This document shows positions 1-10,293 of a stretch of DNA of 64,000 nt, piece by piece; positions within the stretch are counted from its first letter, which is position 1; every line of letters starts with the position of its first letter. The stretch covers positions 10,945 to 74,944 of the forward strand of contig CALXPO010000009.1 of assembly GCA_944390315.1 (NCBI GenBank), read 5' to 3'. This stretch comes from an uncultured Alphaproteobacteria bacterium (GTDB lineage: Bacteria > Pseudomonadota > Alphaproteobacteria > RF32 > CAG-239). The notes beneath the pieces are model-generated. The model had not been told where the DNA came from, ran no database searches, and worked only from the letters and a program-made list of their open reading frames with translations. A program made the translations under genes and the position numbers.

Positions 1-1692
1 GAAAATCAAGGACAAAGCGCTGCTCGAAACCGAGGAATGCAAGAAGCTAAGGGAGAATATATATCTTTTATTGACGCTGATGATTATATCAAAAACGGCT
101 TATACGATTATTTTGCTGAAAACGCTGCAAAAGTCGAGCCGGATGTTTTTATGTTTAATGGGGATATTATACAAGAAAATGAAACGACATCGTTTTTTCA
201 GCAAAGTATGTTCTCGGATAATGTGAAAGAGAATGATGTTTTCGACTATCGTCAAATAACAAACTATTTTTATGGAAATCAGTCAATATGCAATAAGATA
301 TATCGACGTGATTTTTTATTGGCGAATCATCTGAAAATGATTGAGGGCAAGGTTTTTGAAGATACATATTTTAATTTTATGACTTTAGTTAAAGCTCAAA
401 AGATACAATATACCCTTCAGTCATTTTATGTGTATTGCAATAACAATCCAAGTTCAACAACCAAAACATTTTCAGAAAATGCCTTTGGATTGTTTGATGT
501 TTTTGAACAAATGGAGCAAGAAATCAAGAAAATGGATTTGTGGACATATTTTCGATATGCCATATTCCAACTTGAGTTTGAAAAGCTGATAGAAACATTG
601 GGAATGACGGCAGCACAATATCAAAAGAAATTTTTTGAATTGAGCCAAAAACTGCTAACACGAAAATTATTTTTGTTAAATAATAAAATATGCCTAAAAT
701 TAAAAGATTTTCACCTTTGTCATTACCTGCTTAATTACAATTTTAATCAATTTCGGGATTTGGTTTTGTTGGAACAAGAAAAAAACAAAGGCGGAGTATC
801 TGTGAATCCTATACCGATGTTTTCAATTGTTGTTCCGATTTATAATGTTGCCCCATATTTACCAAGGTGTATCAAAAGTTTGCAACAGCAAACATTAGGC
901 GACTATGAAGTGATTTGCGTCAATGATGGTTCAACCGACGGCAGTGGTGCAATAGCCGATGAATATGCGGCAAAGGATAAAAGAATAAAAGTTTTACATC
1001 AGGCGAATATGGGATTGGGTGCAGCTCGCAATAACGGTGCGGCGGAAGCTAAAGGGAAATATCTGATATTCTTGGATAGTGACGACTGGTTGTCGGTTAA
1101 CGCTTTAGAAAAAATGAAAGAAACTATTGAAAATTATAATTCGCCGGATGTCGGTCTTTTTGGTTTTGAACGCTATGTGTTGGAACAAGGGGCTTTTGTT
1201 GTTGATAAAAATATTGAGTTATTTCCAGAGGATAAGATATTTAATTTTCATGATATAAGTGATACAATGTATTTACATCCTTGTGCATGGAATAAATTTT
1301 ACCGTCGTGAATATTTTCAAAAGAATAATTTTAAGTTTCCGACAAAAGTTGTTTTTGAAGATTTGCTGGTTCATACGCAAGTTTTGGTTCAAGCGCAGTC
1401 TATAACTGTTTGCAAATCTGATTTATATTATTATACAATCAGAGAGGGAAGTATTATGAATTCGGTTGTCGGAGATAAAAAAATACACGATTTGAAAATT
1501 GCCGTAAAAAACACCTTGTCTTACTTGAAAGAACATCAAGTATATAATGAGCTAAAATATTCATTTGGTGTTTTTGTAAAAAATGCATTTAATATGCATC
1601 TCAGCAAAATGAGCGAACAGCAAAGAGATATGTTTTTGCAAAGTATAAAGGAAGACTCAGAAATAACAGAATTGTTGCAAGGAGCGATTTAG
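1..1692 (+). CDS. Glycosyltransferase family 2 protein with two GT2 domains (5' partial; frame is open from window position 1)
   Basis: Frame 1 is open from nt 1. The upstream peptide ENQGQSAARNRGM matches the GT2 'AARNRG' motif, so the true start lies upstream of the window. First domain carries FIDADDYI (DxD). Second domain carries VPIYNVAPYLPRCIKSLQQQTLGDYEVICVNDGSTDGS and FLDSDDW. Confidence 0.75.
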   Translation, partial: ENQGQSAARNRGMQEAKGEYISFIDADDYIKNGLYDYFAENAAKVEPDVFMFNGDIIQENETTSFFQQSMFSDNVKENDVFDYRQITNYFYGNQSICNKIYRRDFLLANHLKMIEGKVFEDTYFNFMTLVKAQKIQYTLQSFYVYCNNNPSSTTKTFSENAFGLFDVFEQMEQEIKKMDLWTYFRYAIFQLEFEKLIETLGMTAAQYQKKFFELSQKLLTRKLFLLNNKICLKLKDFHLCHYLLNYNFNQFRDLVLLEQEKNKGGVSVNPIPMFSIVVPIYNVAPYLPRCIKSLQQQTLGDYEVICVNDGSTDGSGAIADEYAAKDKRIKVLHQANMGLGAARNNGAAEAKGKYLIFLDSDDWLSVNALEKMKETIENYNSPDVGLFGFERYVLEQGAFVVDKNIELFPEDKIFNFHDISDTMYLHPCAWNKFYRREYFQKNNFKFPTKVVFEDLLVHTQVLVQAQSITVCKSDLYYYTIREGSIMNSVVGDKKIHDLKIAVKNTLSYLKEHQVYNELKYSFGVFVKNAFNMHLSKMSEQQRDMFLQSIKEDSEITELLQGAI

Positions 1693-1713
1693 TTTTTTGG
1701 GAAATAAAAGCAA

Positions 1714-3051
1714 ATGGAGATAAAACTCTCGGATCATTTTACTTATAAAAGGCTATTGCGTTTTACCTTGCCGTCGATTTTGATGATTGTGTTCATCTCG
1801 ATTTATGTCGTTATTGACGGATTATTTGTATCAAATTTTGTAGGAACGCAGGCTTTTGCGGCGGTCAATTTCGTATTGCCGTTTATTATGGGTTTGGCTT
1901 CGGTCGGATATGTGTTTGGCGTCGGCGGCAGTGCGCTGGTGGCAAAAACTTTGGGCGAAAGAAAACGCTATAAGGCCAATCGTATATTTTCGCTGATTAT
2001 ATATACTTCGGTTGTCGTCGGTGTTGCACTCTCTGCGGTGGCTATTTTATATTTTGAGCCGATAATCGGTTGGTTTGGGGTTGACGGCACAATGCTTGAG
2101 TATTGTTTAACCTATTCCTATATTTTGTTGGCGGCACTTCCGGCGTTGATTTTGCAAATTGTCTTTCAGTCTTTTATGGTGGTGGCCGAGCGTCCGAAAT
2201 TAGGATTATATATTACGCTGTTGGCCGGTTTTTCAAATATCGTTTTAGATGCACTGTTCATTATTGTTTTCGGTTGGGGCTTAAAAGGAGCGGCTTGGGC
2301 AACGGTCTTCAGTCAAATTGTCGGTTCCGTTTTACCGATTTCATTTTTTATTTTTGCCAAATATTCCCCGATAAAGTTAGGTCGGACGGCTTTTTATCGC
2401 TCGGCAATGATAAAAGTGGTGACTAACGGTTTCAGCGAGTTAATGTCTAACATCTCCCTATCCATCGTTGCGGTTTTATATAATTACCAATTGTTAAAAA
2501 TCGCCGGAGAGAGCGGGGTGGTTGCCTTTGGAATTATGTCTTATGCCAACTTCGTTTTTCTGTCTATTTTTATCGGCTATGCGACCGGTAACAATCCGAT
2601 AGTCAGCTATAATCAAGGTTCCGGAAATCATAAAGAGTTGCAAAATATCTTTCGCAAAAATTTAATTATGATTGGTTGGTGCGGTCTGTTTTTGGTGGCA
2701 GTATCGGAGTTATTAGCTTATCCTGTTGTACAAATATTTGTAGGTTATGACCGAGAATTGACCGAATTTACGGTTCATGGATTTAGAATCTATGCTCTGG
2801 CTTTTTTAATCAGTGGATTTAGCATATATGCTTCGGCCTTTTTTACGGCCTTGAATAACGGGTTGATTTCGGCGATTATTGCTTTTGTCAGAACAATGAT
2901 TTTTGAATGCGGCTGTGTGTTGGTGCTGCCGCTGATGTTTGGTGTTGACGGAATTTGGAGCTCTTTTGTGGTTGCCGAAATAATGGCACTGTTGCTAAGC
3001 ATATGGTATTTTTATAAGTATCGCCACATATATCATTATATAAAATCTTAA
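1714..3051 (+). CDS. MATE family efflux transporter
   Basis: 445 aa with about 12 predicted TM segments and a MATE-like N-terminus (FTLPSILMIVFISIYVVIDGLFVSNFVGTQAFAAVN). RBS-like sequence upstream. Confidence 0.65.
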   Translation: MEIKLSDHFTYKRLLRFTLPSILMIVFISIYVVIDGLFVSNFVGTQAFAAVNFVLPFIMGLASVGYVFGVGGSALVAKTLGERKRYKANRIFSLIIYTSVVVGVALSAVAILYFEPIIGWFGVDGTMLEYCLTYSYILLAALPALILQIVFQSFMVVAERPKLGLYITLLAGFSNIVLDALFIIVFGWGLKGAAWATVFSQIVGSVLPISFFIFAKYSPIKLGRTAFYRSAMIKVVTNGFSELMSNISLSIVAVLYNYQLLKIAGESGVVAFGIMSYANFVFLSIFIGYATGNNPIVSYNQGSGNHKELQNIFRKNLIMIGWCGLFLVAVSELLAYPVVQIFVGYDRELTEFTVHGFRIYALAFLISGFSIYASAFFTALNNGLISAIIAFVRTMIFECGCVLVLPLMFGVDGIWSSFVVAEIMALLLSIWYFYKYRHIYHYIKS

Positions 3052-3070
3052 AATAAGAAGGGATAGATTT

Positions 3071-3919
3071 ATGATAGAGAAATTTGAATATATCGGAGAA
3101 AATGCAGGAATATCATTATTAATTTTGGCGGCCGTTCACGGAAATGAGACTGCGGGAACAATAGCTTGCCGTCGACTGATAAAAGAGATTGAAGAAGGAA
3201 AAATAAAAATTAAAAACGGCAGATTAACGATGGTGCCGGTATGCAATCCCGAAGCGTATCGTCGAGATGTCAGAGAAATTGACCAGAATCTGAATCGAGT
3301 AATGCACGAACATGCCAATCCGCAAAATTATGAACAGAAGTTGGCAAACGAAATTTGTCCGCTGATAAAGTCACACCGTATTTTGCTTGATTTGCACTCA
3401 ACCCACTGTGAAGGAGATGTCCCTTTCGCTTTTTGTGATTATCCCGATGAATATAATCAAAAACTCATTGACGGGTTAGATGTAGGCTATGTTTTGGAGG
3501 GCTGGCCTCAAATTTATCAAAACCAAAGTGAAATTGAAGATTATTCCACCGAACATTGCGCTCACGAATACGGCAATACCGCGACCACTTTGGAATGCGG
3601 ATATCACAAATCTCCGGCCGCCGCCGAATTGGCATATCACGCCATATTAAGCACTTTGGCAAATTTTGATTTGACAGCAGCTCCAAAGCCGCAATCAAGA
3701 GCCAAAAAACATATTGAAATGAAAAATTTTGTTATCAAACAAAGAGCAGGGCAACTAAGTAAAGCGTATAAGCATCTGGATAAGGTTAAAAAAGGCGAGG
3801 TTGTCGCCCGCTACGATGACGGGGAAGAGCTGACGGTCGCGGAAGATGGTTACATTTTACTTCCGAACTTAAATTGTGCGGTCGGTGCGGAATGGTATTA
3901 TTTCGGCAGTGCCAAGTAG
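3071..3919 (+). CDS. Succinylglutamate desuccinylase/aspartoacylase (AstE/AspA) family zinc hydrolase
   Basis: N-terminal GISLLILAAVHGNETAG zinc-binding motif typical of the AstE/AspA M14-like family. Followed by an intrinsic terminator. Confidence 0.6.
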   Translation: MIEKFEYIGENAGISLLILAAVHGNETAGTIACRRLIKEIEEGKIKIKNGRLTMVPVCNPEAYRRDVREIDQNLNRVMHEHANPQNYEQKLANEICPLIKSHRILLDLHSTHCEGDVPFAFCDYPDEYNQKLIDGLDVGYVLEGWPQIYQNQSEIEDYSTEHCAHEYGNTATTLECGYHKSPAAAELAYHAILSTLANFDLTAAPKPQSRAKKHIEMKNFVIKQRAGQLSKAYKHLDKVKKGEVVARYDDGEELTVAEDGYILLPNLNCAVGAEWYYFGSAK

Positions 3920-3930
3920 CGTTATAAAGC

Positions 3931-3970
3931 AAAAAATAAGCTCCCGAATTTTTGGGAGCTTTGTTTTTTT
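3931..3970. terminator. Bidirectional rho-independent terminator between convergent genes
   Basis: Hairpin aagctcccg-aattttt-gggagctt flanked by an A-run and a T-run. Confidence 0.6.
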
Positions 3971-4745
3971 AATAAGTATATTTGCCGTCTTTTTTCTGTT
4001 TAATTGCCCAGTCAAAGATTTTGTCTTGAGCTCTGCCGCTTGATTGTTTTTTCCAAATCAGGCTTTGAGTTTCTTTGTTAAGCTCAACACCGTGATAACC
4101 GCTCTCAATCAGGTATTGCATTTTTGAAAACAGAGCGGGAATTTTTTTATGAATATTTTCACCCAAAAACAGAGAATAACTGTTTTGGTTGCTATAAGCC
4201 GGTTGAATGATAGGTTGATGAGTGATTTTCTTTTCCAAATAGACAACCTTGACACCGTCGGTGGGATCTCTGTCAACTTTGGTGATGGACATGCCGTGAT
4301 GCAGGGCGTTTATCCAACTGGCAGGATTGTCAATGGCGATTTGAATGATGGCATGTTTTCTGCCGTTGTCAATAGCATGAGCCTCAATAAAGTCGAGCAT
4401 TTTTTTCATCAAACCAGAACCTCTGTATTGCGGATTGACCAAGATTGCTTCATATAAGACCAAATCTTCGTTGGGAACATCGGATTTGAATTCGGGCATA
4501 TCTCTTTTTTCACCGTTTTTAGGCATGGCAAATACGGTTTGTGCAATTAGTTCATCACCGTCGAATACGCCGAGCATATTGGAATTGGAAGAGTTGAGAG
4601 ATTTCATGTAATCTTCTTCGGTCCGGTGTAAAATAAAATGTTGTTCGTCGGGATGCAGATTTTCAATAATTTTTTGTTGAAGTTGCATGACGTTTTGAAG
4701 ATTATTGATACCGAGTTTTTTAACGGTTAAATGTTTTTTATTCAT
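3969..4745 (-). CDS. GNAT family N-acetyltransferase with C-terminal extension
   Basis: Acetyl-CoA-binding-like motif NPQYRGSGLMKKML (Q/R-x-x-G-x-G/A). 258 aa. Confidence 0.55.
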   Translation of the reverse strand: MNKKHLTVKKLGINNLQNVMQLQQKIIENLHPDEQHFILHRTEEDYMKSLNSSNSNMLGVFDGDELIAQTVFAMPKNGEKRDMPEFKSDVPNEDLVLYEAILVNPQYRGSGLMKKMLDFIEAHAIDNGRKHAIIQIAIDNPASWINALHHGMSITKVDRDPTDGVKVVYLEKKITHQPIIQPAYSNQNSYSLFLGENIHKKIPALFSKMQYLIESGYHGVELNKETQSLIWKKQSSGRAQDKIFDWAIKQKKDGKYTY

Positions 4746-4977
4746 TGAAAAATTCCTTTTGCATTCAAATTTGACATAAAAAAAAGATTTGAGAAAAACC
4801 CAAATCTTGCGACTGATTTATTCTTATAAAAAAGTATAAATCATCGTCGCATATCAAATCTGCGGAGGCGCAAAGCGCTATTTGCAAAAGTTAAATTCAT
4901 TCTATTATCCATAAAATTCACAACAAAATAAAGCTGACATATTTTTTTTATTTTTGCAAGCATTTTTTTAAATGGTT

Positions 4978-6096
4978 CTATTCCATATTACGTTTGAAAG
5001 TCAGAGCGGCAAATCCGAGGGTAGAAACGGCAATGATAATGAGTGGGACAAGATTAGGTAAGACGTCGACAAATCCCATATCTTTTAGGAACAATCCATT
5101 ACCGATGGCAATAAAGAAGCGGATGGGGTTGGCATAAGTCAGATATTGTAAAACCACGGGCATATCTTGAACCGGAGAAACAAAGCCCGAAAGCAAAATC
5201 GCCGGCATCATGAAAGCAAAAGCCCCCAAGATGGCTTGTTGCTGGTTGTTGCAGATTGATGATATGAACAAACCGACGCCGACAAAAGAAAGCAAAGCGA
5301 TAAAAGAAGAAAACATAAACAACGGAAACGAGCCGGTAAAAGGAATTTTAAAAAAGATTATGGCCGAGGCAACCATTGCCGACTGCATCAAAAGAGCAAT
5401 AATCATCGGCGGCACGGTTTTGCCGATTAAGATTTCAAAAGCGGTGTACGGACTGACGATTAATTGTTCAAAAGTTCCCAACTCCCGTTCACGTGCAACC
5501 GAAAGCGAGGTCAGCATCAAGGTAATGACCAAAGCCAAAATGACGATTAAAGAAATAACCAAATACCATTGATAGACGGCATTGGGATTAAACCAAACAC
5601 GGGTGCGAATATCAATTTGCGGATTTTTTATTCCGAGTTTTTGAGCAAAATTTTGCGAATAAGTTTGGGCAATTTGGCTGATGTAGTTGTTAATACCGTT
5701 GGCAATTGTCGGTGTTCTGCCGTCAAGGATAAGACGGACGGAGGCAGAGTGTCCGGATTTAAGTTGACGGGCAAAATCTTGTCTGATTTGTAAAATGGCT
5801 TCGATTTGCTCTGTTTTGAGCAAATTTTCGGCAAGGGTGATATTGTCGGTATTTTGCACTTTTCCGAACCATTTGGAATTGGCGACGGCAGCGACAAATT
5901 CTCTTGATTCCAAAGTATTGGAATTATCAATCACCATAATCTCGGCATTTTTTGTTTCCATAGTCAAAATATTTGCAAACAATACCAATTGTATCAGCGG
6001 TGGGGCAATAATGATGATACGGCTTTTTCGGTCGCGCAAAATTGCCAAAAATTCTTTTTTTATCAAAGCCCAAAGATGTTTTAAAGTCTCACTCAT
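4978..6096 (-). CDS. ABC-2 type transporter permease (YbhR-like)
   Basis: Polytopic ABC-2 permease. I place the start at the internal ATG at 6096 (MSETLKHLWALIKKEF), which overlaps the stop of the upstream permease by 8 nt. The ORF-track N-terminal extension to 6228 lies inside the neighbouring gene. Confidence 0.7.
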   Translation of the reverse strand: MSETLKHLWALIKKEFLAILRDRKSRIIIIAPPLIQLVLFANILTMETKNAEIMVIDNSNTLESREFVAAVANSKWFGKVQNTDNITLAENLLKTEQIEAILQIRQDFARQLKSGHSASVRLILDGRTPTIANGINNYISQIAQTYSQNFAQKLGIKNPQIDIRTRVWFNPNAVYQWYLVISLIVILALVITLMLTSLSVARERELGTFEQLIVSPYTAFEILIGKTVPPMIIALLMQSAMVASAIIFFKIPFTGSFPLFMFSSFIALLSFVGVGLFISSICNNQQQAILGAFAFMMPAILLSGFVSPVQDMPVVLQYLTYANPIRFFIAIGNGLFLKDMGFVDVLPNLVPLIIIAVSTLGFAALTFKRNME

Positions 6097-7195
6097 CGAG
6101 CCTCCTTGCTGTTTTTTTATAAACCAAAAGCGAAAACAAAAAACCAAGTCCGAGCAAAAAGAGCGAACTGATAAGCACGGTTTGCCAGATTGTACCTGCC
6201 AAAAATTCATTTTTGATAAAATAAACATAATGCGTCGGTGGCAACAATTTGGTCAACCAAGCAAAAAACGGCGGCATGGAGACAATCGGAAAAACAACCC
6301 CCGACATCATGAGTGCCGGCAAAAAACCGATAATCAAAGAAGCCATACTGGCAAGCATTTGGTCGTGCAACAGGCTTGAAATAATCAGACCGATACCGAG
6401 CGAGGCATATAAAAATAAAGCACTGACAATAAACAAAACCCAATAACTGCCGCGAAACGGCAACTGAAAGACAACAATAATCATCATCATGCTGAAAGCA
6501 AGAGAAAGCATCCCGACGACAAAATAGGGAATATATTTACCGAGAATGATTTGCCAAGGACTGATATTAGCCGAAAGCAGGGCTTCCATGGTGCCTCGCT
6601 CCCATTCTCTGGAAATAACCAAAGCCGTGAGCAAAATACCGATTAAAGTCATGGTAACCGCCAGAGAACTCGGAACCAAAGCTCTGCGCCCGTCGGCATT
6701 TTGATTATATTGTACGCGCGGCAAAATTTCGATGGAAGGGGATTGTTTATCAACAAATCCGCTCTGATTTAGCCATTGATTGACAATTTGATTGACATAA
6801 GTTTGAGCGTAACCGACCTGATTGATGTTAGAACCGTCGGTAATCAGGAGTAGAGAGGCTTGCTTTTGAGCCGCCAGATTGCGGGTAAAGTCAGACGGAA
6901 TAATCAGCGCCGCTTGCAGTTTTGAACGAATAATTTGCTGATACATGTCATCTTTGTTGTTAAATAAGCTGGATGAAATATAGGCATTTTGTCCGAAAGC
7001 ATCGACCAGTTCCTGAGTTTGGGAATTGATGTCGTCATTTTTGATACCCAAACGAATTTTGGCCGAATCAAGGTTAATGCCGTAGGTATAAATCAGTAAC
7101 AGCAACGTCGGCAGAACAAAAGCAATAATCAGACTGGAAGGATCGCGTAAAATCTGCAACATTTCTTTTTTGATGAAAGCAAGGGTGATTTTCAT
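6089..7195 (-). CDS. ABC-2 type transporter permease (YbhS-like)
   Basis: 368 aa ABC-2 family membrane protein (MKITLAFIKKEMLQILRDPSSL start, typical of this family). ATGA overlap with the upstream ATPase gene. Confidence 0.75.
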   Translation of the reverse strand: MKITLAFIKKEMLQILRDPSSLIIAFVLPTLLLLIYTYGINLDSAKIRLGIKNDDINSQTQELVDAFGQNAYISSSLFNNKDDMYQQIIRSKLQAALIIPSDFTRNLAAQKQASLLLITDGSNINQVGYAQTYVNQIVNQWLNQSGFVDKQSPSIEILPRVQYNQNADGRRALVPSSLAVTMTLIGILLTALVISREWERGTMEALLSANISPWQIILGKYIPYFVVGMLSLAFSMMMIIVVFQLPFRGSYWVLFIVSALFLYASLGIGLIISSLLHDQMLASMASLIIGFLPALMMSGVVFPIVSMPPFFAWLTKLLPPTHYVYFIKNEFLAGTIWQTVLISSLFLLGLGFLFSLLVYKKTARRLDE

Positions 7196-8694
7196 GCCGC
7201 TTCCTCCCTGATTTTGATGAGGTTGATAAAAGCCTCTTCCATCGTTTTGGCAGCCGCTGATTGCTTAAGTTCGTCGGGTGTTCCGGTGGCGATGGTTTCT
7301 CCTTTATAAAATAGGCTGATACGGTCGCAAAATTCGGCCTCATCCATAAAATGCGTCGTCACCATTACGGTGACGCCCTTAGCGGCCAAGGAGGTAATAT
7401 GATTCCAAAATTCGCGTCGGGCAATAACGTCCACACCCGAAGTCGGTTCATCTAAAAACAAAACCGAAGGATTGTGCATTACTGCGCAGGCCATGGACAG
7501 GCGTTGCTTAAAACCGAGCGGAAGTTCTTGAGCATTGTCATCAAGGTAATGTTCAAAGCCAAAAATTTCAATCATTTGACTGATGGCGTTTTGAGCGTCT
7601 TTACCGTAAAGTCCGTAAGCTCCGGCAAAAAAGTCAAAATTTTGTTTGACGCTCAAATTGGGGTAAAGTGAAAATTTTTGTGCCATATAGCCGATATTCT
7701 CGCGTGCAAGTGAGGCTTGCTTGACAATATCATACCCCATAATTCTTGCTGTTCCCGAAGTTGGTTTTGCCAGTCCGCACATCATTTTGAAGGAGGTCGA
7801 TTTGCCGGCACCGTTTGGCCCTAAAAGTCCGAAAATTTCACCGCGTTTAATTTTAAAACTGTTATTTTTAACGGCATAAAAATCACCGTATTTTTTGACC
7901 AAATTATCGGCTTCCACGACATATTGTATTGTCGATGGAAGTATGGCAAAATTTTTGGCAACAAGTGATTCCGAGGGTGTAAATCCCCCCATCAGTTCAA
8001 TAATTTTTTCTTCAAATCCTCGGCTGTCTGGAGCCAAATCACGGGGATTGCCGAGATAAACGATTTTGCCTTTATCAATAACGATTACATTATCAAAACC
8101 GTGCGCTTCGTCCATATAAGCGGTGGACCAAATGACGGTAGTGTCTTTGGTAACACTTTGTTTAACCATTTTGAGCAGTTCACGACGGGAGACGGGATCG
8201 ACACCGACGGAAGGTTCGTCCAAAAGCAACAACTCCGGATTTCCCATCAAAGCACAGATAAGTCCGAGTTTTTGTTTCATTCCGCCCGAGAGTTTTCCTG
8301 CCTGACGATTTTGAAAAGCCTGCAGCCCGGCAAATTTGAGCATGGTGTCAAATTTTTTTTCAATCCCCTTAAGGTCGGCGTAAAATTCCAGATTTTCTTT
8401 AACGGTCAAATCTTCATATAATCCGAATTTTTGCGGCATATATCCGATTTTGCGTGCCAATTCAATTTTTTGCTTAATAGGGTTGGAACCTAAGACCGAA
8501 ATTTCACCGCTGTCTTGAAGAAGCAGGCCGTCCAACAGCCTGAGCAAGGTCGTTTTGCCGGCACCGTCAGCCCCAATCAGACCGATAATTTGTCCCTTGC
8601 GGAGTGTGAGCGACAAATTGTCAATGGCCACGTTTTGCCCATGGTTGAATGTTTTGCGTAAGGCTCTGATTTCAACGGAGGGTGTTTCGGTCAT
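7192..8694 (-). CDS. ABC transporter ATP-binding protein with two tandem ATPase domains (YbhF-like)
   Basis: Two full NBDs. Walker A GADGAGKTT and GPNGAGKST. Signatures LSGGMKQK and LPLGFKQR. Walker B LLLDEP and LFLDEP. Confidence 0.9.
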   Translation of the reverse strand: MTETPSVEIRALRKTFNHGQNVAIDNLSLTLRKGQIIGLIGADGAGKTTLLRLLDGLLLQDSGEISVLGSNPIKQKIELARKIGYMPQKFGLYEDLTVKENLEFYADLKGIEKKFDTMLKFAGLQAFQNRQAGKLSGGMKQKLGLICALMGNPELLLLDEPSVGVDPVSRRELLKMVKQSVTKDTTVIWSTAYMDEAHGFDNVIVIDKGKIVYLGNPRDLAPDSRGFEEKIIELMGGFTPSESLVAKNFAILPSTIQYVVEADNLVKKYGDFYAVKNNSFKIKRGEIFGLLGPNGAGKSTSFKMMCGLAKPTSGTARIMGYDIVKQASLARENIGYMAQKFSLYPNLSVKQNFDFFAGAYGLYGKDAQNAISQMIEIFGFEHYLDDNAQELPLGFKQRLSMACAVMHNPSVLFLDEPTSGVDVIARREFWNHITSLAAKGVTVMVTTHFMDEAEFCDRISLFYKGETIATGTPDELKQSAAAKTMEEAFINLIKIREEAA

Positions 8695-9544
8695 GTTTTT
8701 TCTCCGAAATTCCCTTGATAAGTTTGACTGTCACCGGCATACCTTGCTTCAGTCCGCCGTCATTTTCATCAACATAAATATTCAGCCGATAAACCAAATC
8801 GGTGCGAAGTTCTTCGGTTTGAACGGTTTTGGGGGTAAATTCGGCAATCGGGGAAATGTAGCCGACATGACCGCGGTAACGTTTTTTATCGCCGGTTACA
8901 GGATTGACAGTATCGGTTATGATAACGGCGCGGCTACCGTAATCGATGCTTCCGAGTTCGGTTTCCGGCAAATAGACCCTTATCCAAAGAGGTTCGTTTT
9001 TAGTAATGGTATAAACCAATTGTCCTGCGGCCACCGTTGTCCCCGGTTCAACAATTCGTGAACTGATAATACCGTCCGCGGGGGCAAAAATTTGGGTGTA
9101 TTCGAGTTGTTTTTTCTCATAATCGGCGGTAATTTGAGCGGCTTCATAAGCGGCAACGGCTTCGTTTTTGGTGTTGGTGTAAGAAATACAGCTCCGTTCG
9201 GAAGATATTTTTTGTTTGCACAGCGGTAAGTTTGTTTCCAAGACGGATATGGCTTCTTCCATTTGCGCCTGATAACGTTTGATATCGGCTTTTGCTTTTT
9301 GATAGGCCAGTTGGTAATCACTGTCATCCAGCGTAGCCAACAAATCTCCTTTGTTGACGCGGTCACCTTCCTCAAACATCATTTTTTGAACGGTGCCAGC
9401 TACCTTAAAACTCATGTCAACCTGACGAATGTCAACATTTCCGTATAATTTGATATAATTAGCATTTCTATCATCGACAAGCCAAAAGACAAAGCCGATA
9501 ACAAGGATAAAGACAATTAAGAAAATCGGTAAAAATTTTTTCAT
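8672..9544 (-). CDS. HlyD-family membrane fusion protein (YbhG-like)
   Basis: N-terminal TM anchor, coiled-coil middle, beta-barrel/lipoyl-like ends (YGNVDIRQVDMSFKVAGTV). ATGA-type overlap with the TetR gene and an overlap with the ABC ATPase gene. Confidence 0.8.
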   Translation of the reverse strand: MKKFLPIFLIVFILVIGFVFWLVDDRNANYIKLYGNVDIRQVDMSFKVAGTVQKMMFEEGDRVNKGDLLATLDDSDYQLAYQKAKADIKRYQAQMEEAISVLETNLPLCKQKISSERSCISYTNTKNEAVAAYEAAQITADYEKKQLEYTQIFAPADGIISSRIVEPGTTVAAGQLVYTITKNEPLWIRVYLPETELGSIDYGSRAVIITDTVNPVTGDKKRYRGHVGYISPIAEFTPKTVQTEELRTDLVYRLNIYVDENDGGLKQGMPVTVKLIKGISEKKHDRNTLR

Positions 9545-10164
9545 GCGTTCCTCCTTGCCGCCTCTAAAATGGCTTCACAATTTTCTTCAATATGTTTTCG
9601 GATATTTTGCAAAAGTTGTTTATCATATATTTTTAAGTTCATTTGGCGGAGTAGGGCTTCTTTGTGAATTCTGAATATAACCGCCTGCCCGAACAAAGTA
9701 TGGGTTAAGATAAGCACTTTTGTGTCTTTTTCATCTGTATCTAAATAGGAAGCAACCATTTGTGAAATTTGTTTGTGTACGGGTTTAAGAATTTTTGCGT
9801 AGATTTGTTCATAGGCCTTTGAAGGGCTGATAATCTCATTTATCATCAACATTGCCTGACTGTCGGATACGCTGTCACTGTATAGAAAATCAAAGAAGTT
9901 ACCGATAATGTTTTTTATTCCGTTCAGAGGATTGTTCTGTTCAGATTGGTGATTGATGACGATAAGTAAAGAGTCGGTAATGGTTTGAATTAAACTGTCA
10001 ATAACGGCTTCATAGAGATTTTGCTTGGAGCCGAAATAATAGTTAATGGCACAAAGATTGACATTAGCGGCTTTGGCAAGTTCGCGGGTAGAAACGCCGT
10101 CCATGCCGCGTCTGGCAAACATTTTGGCGGCGGTAGCGAGCAATTTTGATTTGGTATTTTTCAT
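9541..10164 (-). CDS. TetR/AcrR family transcriptional regulator (CecR/YbiH-like) leading the exporter operon
   Basis: N-terminal HTH LLATAAKMFARRGMDGVSTRELAKAANVNLCAINYYFGSKQNLY is the canonical TetR signature. First gene of a 5-gene minus-strand operon. Confidence 0.85.
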   Translation of the reverse strand: MKNTKSKLLATAAKMFARRGMDGVSTRELAKAANVNLCAINYYFGSKQNLYEAVIDSLIQTITDSLLIVINHQSEQNNPLNGIKNIIGNFFDFLYSDSVSDSQAMLMINEIISPSKAYEQIYAKILKPVHKQISQMVASYLDTDEKDTKVLILTHTLFGQAVIFRIHKEALLRQMNLKIYDKQLLQNIRKHIEENCEAILEAARRNA

Positions 10165-10293
10165 TTTCTACCTCATTTATTATACTGACAATCATAACAC
10201 AAAGCAAAAATTAAGTCAATCGTTTGAATTATTTTTGAGGCAAAAGAAAAGGGCTGCGATAAAATCGCACCCCTCTTCCGACAAGACGCCTCA

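Noticed and set aside
6097-6228. N-terminal extension of the second ABC-2 permease
   Set aside because: It lies inside the upstream permease gene. The internal ATG at 6096 gives the typical ABC-2 N-terminus and an 8-nt overlap consistent with the other coupled junctions.
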